Below, one piece after another: positions 53,605 to 64,000 of a DNA stretch of 64,000 nt. Source of the DNA: an uncultured Chloroflexia bacterium (GTDB lineage Bacteria; Chloroflexota; Anaerolineae; CG2-30-64-16); contig CAWEMM010000006.1 of NCBI GenBank assembly GCA_963810095.1, positions 928,001 to 992,000 of the forward strand, in the 5' to 3' direction. The stretch's first letter is position 1. Every line of letters begins with the position of its first letter. A program made the position numbers and the translations under genes. The notes below the pieces were generated by a model that saw only the letters and a program-made list of their open reading frames with translations, did not search any database and was not told where the DNA came from.

Positions 53605-53902
53605 ACAGTCTCCTCACTGTGCTAATGTCAGGCGTCAACTTTGCTCGCGCGGACCCACGAACAGAGCGCTGCTGCCGCCAAATTGGGCGGGCGACACCAA
53701 CACGATGGGAAGATTGTAGCGTAAGCCGAGACGGCGGGCAAGGGTCGCGGCTTCCCGATAGATGTTCTGAGTTCCGCCTGAGCACATGACATACTTGTTG
53801 AGTCAAAATGGCCGCTGTATCAAAAACGCCGAATGGGTGTACACTCACGTCGTGGGTCGAAGGAGGAGAGAATAGATCACATCCGCGGATAGGAGGGTTA
53901 CG

Positions 53903-55771
53903 ATGTCCCGATTTGTCTCGGTAGGTATTCGGTTCCTGGCGGTGCTGCCGCTCCTGCTGGCCGTCGTGCCTGGGGCGGTGGCCGCGGCCCCGGTGCCGCA
54001 AACGGCGGCCGGCGTCACTGCAACAAGCGCCCGCGTTGGCTCGGCTCAGCCCGATCTCGGCCCGACAGTCCTGGTCTTCGATCCGTCCATGCCGACGAGC
54101 GAAATTCAGGCCGCAGTCGACACCGTCGCCAACGAGATGGTCGACAATGAAATGGGTGCGCAGCGTTACGCGCTGCTGTTCAAGCCGGGCGTCTACGGCA
54201 GCACCGCGCAGCCGCTCATCGTCCGCGTCGGCTACTACACCGAGGTGGCCGGCCTCGGCGCCTCGCCCACCGACGTCACCATCAACGGCCACGTCGACGT
54301 CTACAACCGCTGCCTGGCCCCAGATAACTGCATCGCGCTCGTCAACTTCTGGCGCTCTGTGTCGAACCTGACGATCAATGTGATGGGGCTCGACGGCTGT
54401 CGGGCTTCCGGCAACTTCTGGGCCGTTTCGCAGGCGGCGCCGATGCGCCGGGTCAACATCACCGGGGGCAACCTCACCCTCATGGACTACTGCACCGCCG
54501 GCCCGCAGTACGCCAGCGGCGGCTACATTGCCGACTCGCAGACGGGCTTCATCATCAACGGCTCACAGCAGCAGTTCTTCGTACGTGACAGCAGCATCGG
54601 CGGCTGGTCTAACGGCGTGTGGAACCAGGTATTCTCGGGCGTGATCGGTGCGCCCGACCAGTCGTTCGGGACCACGCCCTACGATCCCCCGCCCTACACC
54701 ACGTTGGAGACAAGCCCGCTGACGCGTGAGAAGCCCTTCCTGTACCAAAATGCGGGGGGCGCGTACAACGTCTTCGTGCCCGCGCTCCGCCAGGATTCGC
54801 GGGGTACGACGTGGAGCGCGGGGCTTGCGGCCGGTGCGTCGATCCCGATCGACCAGTTCTTCATCGCCAAGCCAACGGACAGCGCCAAGCTAATCAATGT
54901 TGCGCTCGCACGAGGGCAGAACCTGCTCTTGACCCCAGGCGTCTACCATCTCGACCGGCCGCTTGACGTCAAGCGCGCAGACACGGTCGTGCTCGGCCTG
55001 GGCTTCCCCACGCTCATCCCCGACAACGGAACGGTAGCGCTGCGGGTTGCCGATGTGAAGGGCGTGAAGCTTGCAGGATTCATGGTCGACGCCGGGCCGC
55101 AGCTCTCGCCCGCGCTCGTCCAGGTAGGGACCCAGCGGGCGGCGCGCGGACAAGGGCGCAGCCAGTGGAGCGATCCTGCCGATCCCACGTCGCTGCAAGA
55201 CGTCTTTATCCGCGTCGGCGGCGCGACGCCGGGCAAGACTCGCGTCGGCCTCGTCGTGAATAGCGACAACGTTATCCTCGACAATATCTGGTCCTGGCGC
55301 GCCGACCATGGCAATGGGGTGGGCTGGACCGAGAACACCGCGGACACCGGATTGGTGGTGACCGGCGACAACGTCACCGCTTATGGGCTGTTCGTGGAGC
55401 ACTACCAGAAGTACGAGGTGATCTGGAGCGGCGAGAACGGACGGACGATCTTCTTCCAGAACGAAATGCCGTATGATGCGCCCGACCAGGCGTCCTGGCA
55501 GCACGACGGGGTAAACGGCTGGGCGGCCTACAAGGTGACCGACAACGTCCAAACCCACGAGGGTTGGGGCATGGGCAGCTACTGCTACTTCATAAACCCG
55601 GGCGTCGAAGCGACCCGGGCATTCGAGGTGCCCGCGTCGCCGGGCGTCAAGCTGCACGACATCCTGACCGTCTTCCTCAATGGGAACGGCGGTATCGACC
55701 ACGTGGTGAACGACACCGGCGCCCGGGTCGACTCGACCAACCAGGTGACAAACATCGTCAGCTACCCGTAA
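53903..55771 (+). CDS. Secreted GH55-like exo-beta-1,3-glucanase
   Basis: Signal peptide; RYALLFKPG, NFWRS, WAVSQAAP, SGGYIADS, SQQQ, WRADHG, FVEH, QNE.PYD, recalled as matching Streptomyces SacteLam55A. Confidence 0.8.
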   Translation: MSRFVSVGIRFLAVLPLLLAVVPGAVAAAPVPQTAAGVTATSARVGSAQPDLGPTVLVFDPSMPTSEIQAAVDTVANEMVDNEMGAQRYALLFKPGVYGSTAQPLIVRVGYYTEVAGLGASPTDVTINGHVDVYNRCLAPDNCIALVNFWRSVSNLTINVMGLDGCRASGNFWAVSQAAPMRRVNITGGNLTLMDYCTAGPQYASGGYIADSQTGFIINGSQQQFFVRDSSIGGWSNGVWNQVFSGVIGAPDQSFGTTPYDPPPYTTLETSPLTREKPFLYQNAGGAYNVFVPALRQDSRGTTWSAGLAAGASIPIDQFFIAKPTDSAKLINVALARGQNLLLTPGVYHLDRPLDVKRADTVVLGLGFPTLIPDNGTVALRVADVKGVKLAGFMVDAGPQLSPALVQVGTQRAARGQGRSQWSDPADPTSLQDVFIRVGGATPGKTRVGLVVNSDNVILDNIWSWRADHGNGVGWTENTADTGLVVTGDNVTAYGLFVEHYQKYEVIWSGENGRTIFFQNEMPYDAPDQASWQHDGVNGWAAYKVTDNVQTHEGWGMGSYCYFINPGVEATRAFEVPASPGVKLHDILTVFLNGNGGIDHVVNDTGARVDSTNQVTNIVSYP

Positions 55772-55786
55772 AGCTGACCTGAGTTG

Positions 55787-55828
55787 CAGGTGGCCGGCCT
55801 GTGCATCGCTGCACGGGCCGGCCATCTG
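55787..55828. terminator. Hairpin after the GH55 gene
   Basis: caggtggccggcc.gtgca...tgcacgggccggccatctg. Confidence 0.6.
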
Positions 55829-55835
55829 TTTAAAC

Positions 55836-55945
55836 TGATCCGAAATAGGACCTGGTGCAACTGATTGAACTGATCCGCACTGTCCGCTGGGTAGAAATCG
55901 TGATAATCAGTCCGATCCGTTCAATCAGTGTCCCATTTCAGATCA
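55836..55945. repeat. Palindromic element, family 1 (copy B)
   Basis: Shares tgcaactgattgaactgatc...atcagtccgatccgttcaatcagtgt.ccatttca with 25904-26004. Confidence 0.8.
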
Positions 55946-55966
55946 CCACGCGAGCCAGGCGCGGCG

Positions 55967-57112
55967 TCAGTCCGTGGGGGGTGCGGGACACTCCTTGTCG
56001 GCCGCCTTCTTGCCGAGATCTTCCAGGGGCTTGCGCAGGAACAGCTTTTCTTTCTCCGCCTGCAGCGCCGCCTGATCCCCAACCGCCAGCACCCACTCAC
56101 CCTTCTGAGTCACAATCTCCTCGAGAGCATTCATGCTGAACTGGAAGCCGTGCAGGTCGGACGGCTTCAGCCCGGCGCCCAGCTGTGCCAGGCGCACGAT
56201 GTCGACCAGCCCGAGGTCGGTGGTATACAGGTCAGACATCGCCGAGAGCAACTGCGGCAGCCGGGGAAGCAGGTTGACCTGGAGCGCCTTGTTGCGCAGC
56301 GCCCAGATAAGCTGCTGCTGGCGCTGGCTCCGCCCGAAGTCGCTCGTCACGTGGCGGTAGGTCACAAACTTGCGCGCCTCGTCGCCGTTGAGCGTTACGT
56401 CTCCCGCTGGCAGCGACCAGGGCACGTACTCGGTCATTTGCGCATCTTTCGGCGTGGCCTCGTAAAGCGGACAATCGAGATGCACCGTCACCCCGCCCAA
56501 CGCGTCGACCAGCTTCGTTAGCCCATTCAGATGGATGCGCACGTAGTGTTGCGTGGGAATCCCCAGCGTCTCTGAAATCACCCGCGCCGCGAGCGCCGGC
56601 CCGCCGCCCGGATACCCTGTCTTCTCTCCAACGTAGTCCGTGATGTTGATGCGTTCCTGGCCATACGTCGGGATGTCCACGTACAGATCGCGCGGGATGC
56701 TGATGATTCCGACCTGCTGCCGCTCACGGTCGATCGCCAGGACCATGATCGAGTCGGTACGCCACGATTCCCAGCCCGGCCGCTGATCCTGGCCCAGGAT
56801 CAGGATGTTCTCGGTCTTGTCGAGCCGGTGCGCAACGCGTGTCTCGATGTCGGCTAGCAAGCCGGGTTGCTCTGCAGGTTCAAATGTGCCCAGCCGCTCG
56901 CGCGCCAGCTCGACATCCGAATTCAGTGTGTATGACTCGGCGACGACGTCGAGGTACTTCTCCCGTTCGGCCGGCGCCAGGTCCAGCCCCGCCGCATCCG
57001 TCCACTGCACCGGAAACACCCACCACCCCAGCACCATCCAGCCGATGAGCAATCCGGCGAAGAGGGCCAGCCCGACTGCGATCCAGGAAAGCCGTCGATT
57101 GTCTCGTCGCAT
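55967..57112 (-). CDS. LCP (LytR-CpsA-Psr) family protein
   Basis: ILILGQD.R, RTDSIM, SIPRDLYV, RIN, LVDALGGV, DFGRSQRQQ. Confidence 0.9.
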   Translation of the reverse strand: MRRDNRRLSWIAVGLALFAGLLIGWMVLGWWVFPVQWTDAAGLDLAPAEREKYLDVVAESYTLNSDVELARERLGTFEPAEQPGLLADIETRVAHRLDKTENILILGQDQRPGWESWRTDSIMVLAIDRERQQVGIISIPRDLYVDIPTYGQERINITDYVGEKTGYPGGGPALAARVISETLGIPTQHYVRIHLNGLTKLVDALGGVTVHLDCPLYEATPKDAQMTEYVPWSLPAGDVTLNGDEARKFVTYRHVTSDFGRSQRQQQLIWALRNKALQVNLLPRLPQLLSAMSDLYTTDLGLVDIVRLAQLGAGLKPSDLHGFQFSMNALEEIVTQKGEWVLAVGDQAALQAEKEKLFLRKPLEDLGKKAADKECPAPPTD

Positions 57113-57264
57113 GGCCGCGGTCCTTCTGTCACAGGCTTACAAATAAAGAGTGATTCGATTCTATCACAGGCTCCTGCAAGACACAACCTGCCAAAAAGGC
57201 TGAAAAGGCGATCATCGAGGGCTGGGCGTCAGGCCTGCCTGCGCCACGAGGACCGTGCGTTATC

Positions 57265-57293
57265 TTGACACCCATCACAAAGAGCGTTACACT
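57265..57293 (+). promoter_or_regulatory. sigma70-type promoter of tetR
   Basis: TTGACA-17 nt-TACACT. Confidence 0.65.
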
Positions 57294-57340
57294 CGCTGCA
57301 TCTTTATAGTGACTATAATTTTACAGCAGGTAAACACAGC

Positions 57341-57952
57341 ATGACACTCTCACTCCGCGACGTCAAGCGCTCTCTGACCGAACAGACTATCGTCGAGAAG
57401 GGCACGGCCCTCTTCAAGCAGCACGGCTTTGCGCAGGTGTCGGTGCGCCAAATCGCAAAAGCCTCGCTGGTCAGTGAAAAGACCGTCTTCAACTACTTCC
57501 CCTATAAGGAACTCATCGTCCTCGCCGGCGCCCAGCCGGCATTGAATGAGATCATGGACGCCATCCAAACCGAGATCGACAACATCGCCGAGCCCACCGA
57601 GGTGCTCCGAAAGTTCGGCACGGACCTGGCCGATTGGTGCACCGCGAACCCCGAGGTCGCCTGCATCGTCATCGCCGAGCTTCTTTCGCCCGACCCGCAG
57701 CGCCTTGCCAGCGCGGTCCGCTCCCTGCCCGATTTCTACAACCCCATTCGCACGGTCATCACGCTGGCGCGCGCCCAGGGCAAGCTGCGGCCCGAGGTGG
57801 GCGTCGAGTACGCGACCGACTTCTTTTTGAGCAACGTGTTCAACGTCATCCGCAGCCACGTGGCGGTCGGCCAGTTCGACCGCCTGCGCGGCATGCTCAA
57901 CGCGACCCTGGAGATCTTTCTCCACGGTGCTTTCGCGGCGTCTCAGCCTTAA
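57341..57952 (+). CDS. TetR/AcrR family regulator
   Basis: LFKQHGF..VSVRQIA....VSEKTVFNYFP.KE. Confidence 0.88.
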   Translation: MTLSLRDVKRSLTEQTIVEKGTALFKQHGFAQVSVRQIAKASLVSEKTVFNYFPYKELIVLAGAQPALNEIMDAIQTEIDNIAEPTEVLRKFGTDLADWCTANPEVACIVIAELLSPDPQRLASAVRSLPDFYNPIRTVITLARAQGKLRPEVGVEYATDFFLSNVFNVIRSHVAVGQFDRLRGMLNATLEIFLHGAFAASQP

Positions 57953-57983
57953 GCAACCGGGTTTCTTCGAGAAACCTGCTTGC
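57953..57983. repeat. Family 3 palindromic element
   Basis: gcaaccgggtttcttcgagaaacctgcttgc. Confidence 0.55.
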
Positions 57984-58007
57984 GGCCTGCTTCCCCGAGG
58001 AGCCAAC

Positions 58008-59485
58008 ATGAACGTATTGCTGCTATATCCGGAATTTCCGGATACCTTCTGGAGCTTCAAACACGCGCTGGCGTTTGTCGACAAGTCGGCCGGGATGCCC
58101 CCGCTCGGGCTGCTCACGGTGGCCGCGCTGCTGCCCCCCGAGTGGAACCTGCGGCTGGTGGACATGAACGTCGCTCGCCTGACCGAAGGCGACCTGGCAT
58201 GGGCCGGCTGCGTCTTTGTCAGCGCGATGGTCGTCCAGCGCGACGCGACCTGCTGCTGCCATCCGGCGGTGCAAGGCGGCGGGCCTGCCCGTGGTGGCGG
58301 GTGGTCCGCTCTTCACGGCCGAGTGGGAGGACTTCCCCCAGGTCGATCACTTCGTCCTGAACGAAGCCGAAATCACCCTCGCGCCCTTCCTGGCAGACTT
58401 TGCGGCCGGGCGAGCGAAGCGCGTGTATGCAACCGACGAGTACGCCGACATGCACGCCTCCCCGCTGCCGCGCTGGGACCTGGTCGACCTGAAGCACTAT
58501 GCGACGACTGCGGTGCAGTTCTCGCGGGGCTGTCCGTTCGACTGCGAGTTCTGCAACATCACGGCCCTCTACGGCCACCGCCCGCGCGTCAAGACCGCCG
58601 CCCAGATTGTCGCCGAGCTCGACCTCTTCTATGGCCTCGGTTGGCGCGGCCGGGTCTTCTTCGTGGACGACAACCTGATCGGCAATCGCAAGTACCTCAA
58701 GGAGCAGCTGCTTCCCGCCATCATCGAGTGGCGCAAAGGCAAACGGGCCGGCCTGCCGTTCAACACGGAAGCGTCCATTAACCTGGCCGACGATCCGGAG
58801 TTGATGCGCCTGATGGTCGAAGCGGGCTTTGACGGCGTCTTCATCGGCATCGAAACGCCCGACGAAGAGCAGCCTGGCCGAGTGCAACAAGAAGCAGAAC
58901 GTGGGCCGCAACCTGGTCGAGGACGTCAAGCGCATCCAGCGCGCAGGGCTGGAAGTGCAAGGGGGCTTCATCCTGGGCTTCGACAGCGATACCCCGTCCA
59001 CCTTTCAGCGGCAGATCGACTTCATTCAGCGCAGCGGCATTGTCACCGCGATGGTTGGGCTGCTGCAGGCGCCCCCTGCGACACGACTGTGGCAGCGGAT
59101 GGCGGAAGAGGGGCGGCTCGTCGGTGCATTAACAGGCAACAACGTCGAGGCCGCGACGAATATCATCCCGAAGATGCCGCTCGAAACCCTTTACGAGGGC
59201 TACCGCGAGGTCGTCGGGCATCTGTACGAGCCCGAGCATTACTATGCGCGCGCCATGACGTTCTTGCGGGAGGTGAAGCCGCCCAAGTTCAGCGCCCCCA
59301 TCGACGCCGCGTACGTCCGCGCGTTCTTCCGCTCCATGGGTCGCCTGGGCATCGTGGGAAAGGAGCGAGCGCAGTACTGGAAGCTGTTTTTCTGGACGCT
59401 GGGGCGCCGTCCGGCACTTCTGCCCCTCGCCATCACCATCGCGATCTACGGATACCACTTCCGGCTGCTGGCGGAAGCGATCTGA
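58008..59485 (+). CDS. B12-binding radical SAM protein (DUF4070-type C-terminus; frameshifts near 58250 and 58870)
   Basis: PDTFWSF, PPLGLLTVAA, SRGCPFDCEFC, FVDDN, FIGIETP, GFILGFD. Confidence 0.88.
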
Positions 59486-59511
59486 ACCCGGTCGCCGAAA
59501 CCGTATTGACC

Positions 59512-59544
59512 CGTACGAAGGGCGGGGGTCTCGCCCTTCGTACG
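59512..59544. terminator. Hairpin after the radical SAM gene
   Basis: cgtacgaagggcg...cgcccttcgtacg. Confidence 0.6.
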
Positions 59545-59652
59545 CAAGGGCAACCCGCGCGCGGCGCGTTCAATGCCGCCACCGGCCGGTCCCTTCGTCC
59601 ATGCTGCCCGCTGCCGCCCCCCCAACTTCTCCGTCCTCTGCAAAATCTCCTG

Positions 59653-59681
59653 TTGACCCGAGCGCGCTTCCGCCCTATAAT
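59653..59681 (+). promoter_or_regulatory. sigma70-type promoter of the two-component operon
   Basis: TTGACC-17 nt-TATAAT. Confidence 0.65.
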
Positions 59682-59778
59682 ACGTTTGCTCCCACCGCCG
59701 CCTCCTCGCTTGCGCTGCACCTCGTCGGACGTTTCCCGTTACCGAATCTCAATCGCCGGGTTTGAGAGGAGGAATCCT

Positions 59779-60429
59779 GTGGATCACACCCCCACCTCGA
59801 TCCTGATCGTCGACGACCACCCCGTCGTGCGCACGGGCATCCGGGCCGTCCTGGTCGCGCATGGCTTTCATGTCGCCGCCGAGTGTGCCAGCGGGTCCGA
59901 CGCGCTCCGCCTCGCCGCCCAAAATTCCTTCGATGCGATCGTGCTGGACGTGAATCTGCCTGACCTCGACGGCCTGGAAGTAACCCGCTGCCTGCGCGCC
60001 CGCGGCGACCAGACGCCGATCGTCGTGCTCACGGTTCGGAATGACAGCCAGACGGTGATGGGGCTGTTCGAGGCGGGCGCAAGCGGCTACGTGCTGAAAG
60101 ACGAAGCAACCGACCACCTTTGCGACGCGGTGCGGGCTGTCGCTCGTGGGGAAACCTGGGTCAGTCCCAGCATCGCCGCAACGGTGATCCGGCGAGCGCT
60201 CGGGGCCGGGGTGGACGTGCCGCCCCACTCGCCCCTGACGCCGCGCGAGCTGGACGTGCTGCGCCTGCTGGCCCAGGGGTTGGACAACGGAGCCATTGCC
60301 CAACAGCTCGTCATGTGCAAGCGGACCGTTCAGAACCACATCAGCATCATCTACGATAAGCTCGGCGTTAGCTCACGCACGGAAGCGCTGCTGTACGCGG
60401 TGCAGCGGGATTGGGTCCACCTACCATAA
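59779..60429 (+). CDS. NarL/FixJ family response regulator
   Basis: IVDDHPVVR, LDVNLP, GYVLK, LTPRELDVL...TVQNH HTH; RBS aggagg. Confidence 0.92.
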   Translation: MDHTPTSILIVDDHPVVRTGIRAVLVAHGFHVAAECASGSDALRLAAQNSFDAIVLDVNLPDLDGLEVTRCLRARGDQTPIVVLTVRNDSQTVMGLFEAGASGYVLKDEATDHLCDAVRAVARGETWVSPSIAATVIRRALGAGVDVPPHSPLTPRELDVLRLLAQGLDNGAIAQQLVMCKRTVQNHISIIYDKLGVSSRTEALLYAVQRDWVHLP

Positions 60430-60448
60430 GGGTCGGGAGGGCCGGTCG

Positions 60449-62740
60449 ATGCAGAAGCGGTCAAGGCTGGATTCCGCGGTGATCCTGGCGCTGGGCATGC
60501 TCGCGCTGCTCGTGCCCGCGCTTGCGGGATGGGTCCTCGTCGACCAGTCGCGCACCCCGCTCCTGGGCATCTACGTCGACGATGCTGTGCCGCCCCACAT
60601 CACGCAGGCCATGGCCGGCTCGGCCGCGGCCCGCAGTGGGCTGGCTGCCGGCGATACCATCCTGACGGTAGACGGTCGGCCCTATGCGGCATGGCTCGCT
60701 GCACCACGACAAATCGGGCAGCACTACCGTTTCGACCTCCTGCGCGAGGGATCTGCGGAGACCGCCAACGCGGCCATGGGTTCGGTGCTCCAGGCAACGG
60801 GCGTGAGCGCCGGGGCCGCGCTCGTTGTCGCGCTGGCTTTTTGGGCCGCGGGCGTGATCCTCCTCAGCCGCCGCGTCGGCCGAAGCGACGTGCGCGTGCT
60901 GTTTTTGCTGTACCAGGCGTGCGCGGTATGCCTCTTGCTCGGCCTGGCCTACCCTCGCTTCCTGCTGCCCGCACCGTGGATGGTGACATTATCGGTCGCC
61001 GCGCTCATCTTTGCCGGGCCGCTCCTCCTGCACTACCAGATCTCGTATCCGGTCATGCTCGGCGAGCCCGCCCCGCGTCACGCGCTCCTGGGCGCACTCT
61101 ACGCGCTGGCGCTGCTCGGGGCCTGGTGGGCGGCGCGGCGGCCGAGTCCCTGGTCGACCGTGCCCGTCTTCGCCAGCCTGGCGGTGGGGCTGCTTGCGTT
61201 TGGCGTGATGGTTTTCGTCTACCTCCGGGGGGCAGGTTTGCGCGAGCGCCGGCGCATGCGTGTCGGGGGCGTCGGGGCCGTGGTGGGGTTGGGCGTGCCC
61301 CTGGTTGCCTACGTGCTGCCCACCGTGATTGCCGGTTATTCCCCACCCATGCCCCGGTGGTTCGTCAGCCTGTTCCTGCTGCTGATCCCGCTGAGCGCCC
61401 TCTATGCGGTGGCGCGGCACGACCTGTTCGACATCGACCGCCTGATCAACCGGGCCATCGTCTACGGTGCGCTCGCGCTCACCGTCTTTGCGCTGTACCT
61501 GGCCGCCTTCTTCGTCCTCTATCGCTTTATGCCCGAACGCCGGCTCGCGCAGGTCACGGTGCTCGCGGGGCTGAGCGTCTTCATCGGCCTGACGTTCCAG
61601 CCGGCACGCATGCGAATCCAAAAAATTGTCGACCGCCTCTTCTACGCGGGCTGGTACGACTACCCTGACATTGTGGAGCACACGACCGCAGGGCTGGCGC
61701 ACGCACGCGAGTGGGATGCCGTGGCAAACAGCCTGACCGTCGACGCGCCGCAGCGGATGTCGCTGTCGGGCGCGGTGCTCGAAGTTGGGGCTCGGCGTGC
61801 ATCGACGCTGCCCGCCTCGGCGCAGCCCCAGGTCGCGCTTGCACTCGAATGCGGCACGCAGGCGCGCGGGATGCTGGCGCTGTCGCCGGGCATCTCGACG
61901 GCTCACCCCTTACGCCGACCGACCGCCGTATCCTGCGCACCCTCGCCCGCGAGGCCGAGATCGCGCTCCGTCGCGTGCTCTTGCTGCAAGCGCTGCGCAA
62001 TCAGTTAGCCGAGATCCAGGCCGGCCGCGAGAGTCTGGTGCAGGCGCAGCACCAGCTGCTGCGCACGCGCGAGCAAGAACGTGCGCGCCTGGCGCGCGAG
62101 TTGCACGACGGCCCGATGCAGGCGCTCGTGGGCATGAACATGCAGCTTGGCCTCTTGCTGCAGCCGGGCGGCGAGTGCTCGGCTGGCGCCGAGTGTCTCG
62201 GCTGGCGGCGCGCTGATCGAGACACTCCAAGACCTCGGCGCCGAGGTGCGCGGGCTGCTGGGCGAACTCCGCCAGGTTTGCACGGTGCTCCGGCCGCCCA
62301 TGCTCGACACGCTGGGCCTCGAAGCTGCGCTGGCGGCGCTCGCCGCCGAGTGGTCGGCCCAGCAGGGTATCCCGGTCGCAGTCGACCTGCCCGAGGGCCG
62401 GCTGTTGCGCAATCTGCCGGAAGAGGTGGCCGTCAACCTCTACCGCATCGTTCAGGAGGCCCTATCCAACGTTGCCCGCCACGCCCAGGCCAACCACGTC
62501 GTCCTCTGCCTCGTATGCCGCACCCCCTCAGAAGGTCTGGAGCTTACCGTGACCGACGACGGCGTCGGGTGTGTGCTGGGCCCCGTGGACGAGTTAACAC
62601 GCCAGGGACACTTCGGGCTAACCGGCATCCGGGAGCGGGTGGCTCTGATCGGCGGCGCCTGGCGGCTCGAGTCCACTCCCGGCCACGGCACCACACTGCG
62701 CATAACCTGGCGCCCAGGCGCAGCCGCGCCCCTTAACTAA
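60449..62740 (+). CDS. Membrane sensor histidine kinase with extracellular PDZ-like domain (HisKA_3; frameshifts near 61890 and 62200)
   Basis: GSAAARSGLAAGDTILTVDG, many TM segments, ERARLARELHDG, LRPPMLD, QEALSNVARHA, DDGVG, GLTGIRER. Confidence 0.85.
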
Positions 62741-62881
62741 CCCCACCCGGTACCCCGGTACCAATCAACTCCTCTGGAAAATAGTACCGCGCTCAGGTGC
62801 GCCCGAACCCGCTATTTGCTACCCTATGGGCGGCGCAAAACATCCAGACAGGCACGAGTCCCGTCATTACGCCAAGTCGCC

Positions 62882-63252
62882 ATGAGTCGAGTCTTGATCG
62901 TCGATGACCAGCCCGAGTTCCGACTGCACCTGCGCCGGCTGCTGTCGCGGCGGGCCTGGAGGTAGCCGGCGAGGCCGGCAGCATTCTCGAAGCGGAAGCG
63001 CTCGTCTGTGCGCTGCGCCCCGACCTGGCGATTGTGGACGTGATGTTGCCCGGAATGAACGGCGCTGACGGGGCGGTGCGGCTGCTCTCGCTGCTGCCGG
63101 GCTTGCGAGTGGTGCTCGTCAGCGCCTACCTGGACCAAGCGCACATCTTCGAACGAGAGGCGGTGCGTGTGGGCGCCGAGGTCTTCGTGCCAAAGGATCA
63201 ACTCGACCTGGAGCTGGCGCGAAGTTGGAATACCGGCGGGAACAAGCAATAG
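62882..63252 (+). CDS. Single-domain response regulator (frameshift near 62950)
   Basis: MSRVLIVDDQPEFR then VDVMLPGMNG...VLVS...FVPK. Confidence 0.8.
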
Positions 63253-63264
63253 GAGGCTGTTGAA

Positions 63265-64000
63265 ATGAGCGAGCAAACGAAGCACACCATCGAAGGGCAT
63301 CTTCAATGCGCTGGCGAGGTGGATGTCGCCAAGATCGGGCTGGCCGTCCATGCGTTTGTGGGCGGCAAGCCCGTGGCCGTAGCGCCGGTAGCAGCATCTG
63401 GCGCCTACAAGTTGAGCTTTGCGAGCATGGAGGCCCAGCCCGCGGTCGAGCTTCGGCTCATTCCAGACCGCTTCTGTGACGATGCCGCGCTGTTCCCGGC
63501 CGTGCACACGTCTATGAGCCCGCTCCGCTTCAGCACCTTGAAGGGCGGCGCTAATTACGCGAAAGTGGACATCAGCCTCCCGGCCCAGGCGGTGATCGAC
63601 CTCCAGCGCCATCTGAAGCACTACCTGCTCCATGGCGTCGTGTACACGGTGCGTGATATTATCATCCCGCCCCCGTTCCCCGGTTGGCCGCCCCGGCGCG
63701 CGCTGTTGAAGCGGCCAGTTCCCGCAGCGAAGCTGGACTTCTACGAAGCCTCGTGGGCGGGAATGCCGCCGTACGTTCCCTTCAAGTTGTACACTCGACA
63801 CCTCGGCGTCGCCTATACGGCACAGGACGGCTCCTATGAGTTCGGCTTCGACATGACCACCAGCATTATCACCTGGATGCTGACACACGATGGGCTGCCC
63901 GACATCCAGGTGCGCGTCTCGCAGTTCCAGGACGGTGCCTGGCGGGAAGTCTACCAAAGCGACATTGACTGGAACATCGCAGACGACTTTCAGCGCGATT
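63265..64000 (+). CDS. Hypothetical protein, 3' truncated by window (absent from the ORF track)
   Basis: RBS aggagg at 63251; open frame MSEQTKHTIEGHL...YTAQDGSYEFGF...PDIQVRVSQ...WNIADDF to the window end. Confidence 0.75.
   Translation, partial: MSEQTKHTIEGHLQCAGEVDVAKIGLAVHAFVGGKPVAVAPVAASGAYKLSFASMEAQPAVELRLIPDRFCDDAALFPAVHTSMSPLRFSTLKGGANYAKVDISLPAQAVIDLQRHLKHYLLHGVVYTVRDIIIPPPFPGWPPRRALLKRPVPAAKLDFYEASWAGMPPYVPFKLYTRHLGVAYTAQDGSYEFGFDMTTSIITWMLTHDGLPDIQVRVSQFQDGAWREVYQSDIDWNIADDFQRD

Noticed and set aside
58216-60429. Radical SAM-response regulator fusion (737 aa)
   Set aside because: Frameshift artefact; a hairpin, promoter and RBS separate the two genes.

Overview
GC-rich bacterial chromosomal window. 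The gene set and intergenic repeats suggest Chloroflexota/Anaerolineae, but that is an inference. About 19 genes carry single-base frameshifts, including conserved ones (pnp, tsaD, folD, metF, katG); these are most likely long-read indel errors rather than pseudogenes. Contents in order: (1) 1-10.5 kb, the tail of a Wood-Ljungdahl/corrinoid cluster (RACo/acsV, cooC/acsF, acsE, folD, metV, metF) interleaved with a GNAT, higBA, a Zn-ADH, a HEAT protein, malic enzyme and a cysteine-less thioredoxin-reductase-like flavoprotein. (2) Housekeeping genes (nfo, pduO-type ATR, DegV, isoaspartyl peptidase, acylphosphatase, rnhA, tsaD), an orphan fatty acyl-AMP ligase, a secreted three-repeat protein and fur/perR-katG. 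(3) Two complementary ComEC-related genes flanking a block with a Grx-TrxR fusion, an orphan DNA methyltransferase, DppA, an AAC(6')-like GNAT and heme A synthase. (4) A GAF kinase-kaiC-kaiB operon without kaiA, convergent on a PEP/pyruvate-binding-domain gene. (5) rlmD-like, rpsO-pnp-lepB, a methyltransferase/serine hydrolase/E2-like triad, an AI-2E-HAD fusion, a duplicated ABC binding protein, GH55, LCP, TetR, a B12 radical SAM, and a two-component cluster ahead of an unknown protein that runs off the end. Several families of palindromic intergenic elements recur, two with 9-nt internal periodicity. No rRNA, tRNA, CRISPR array or transposase was seen.
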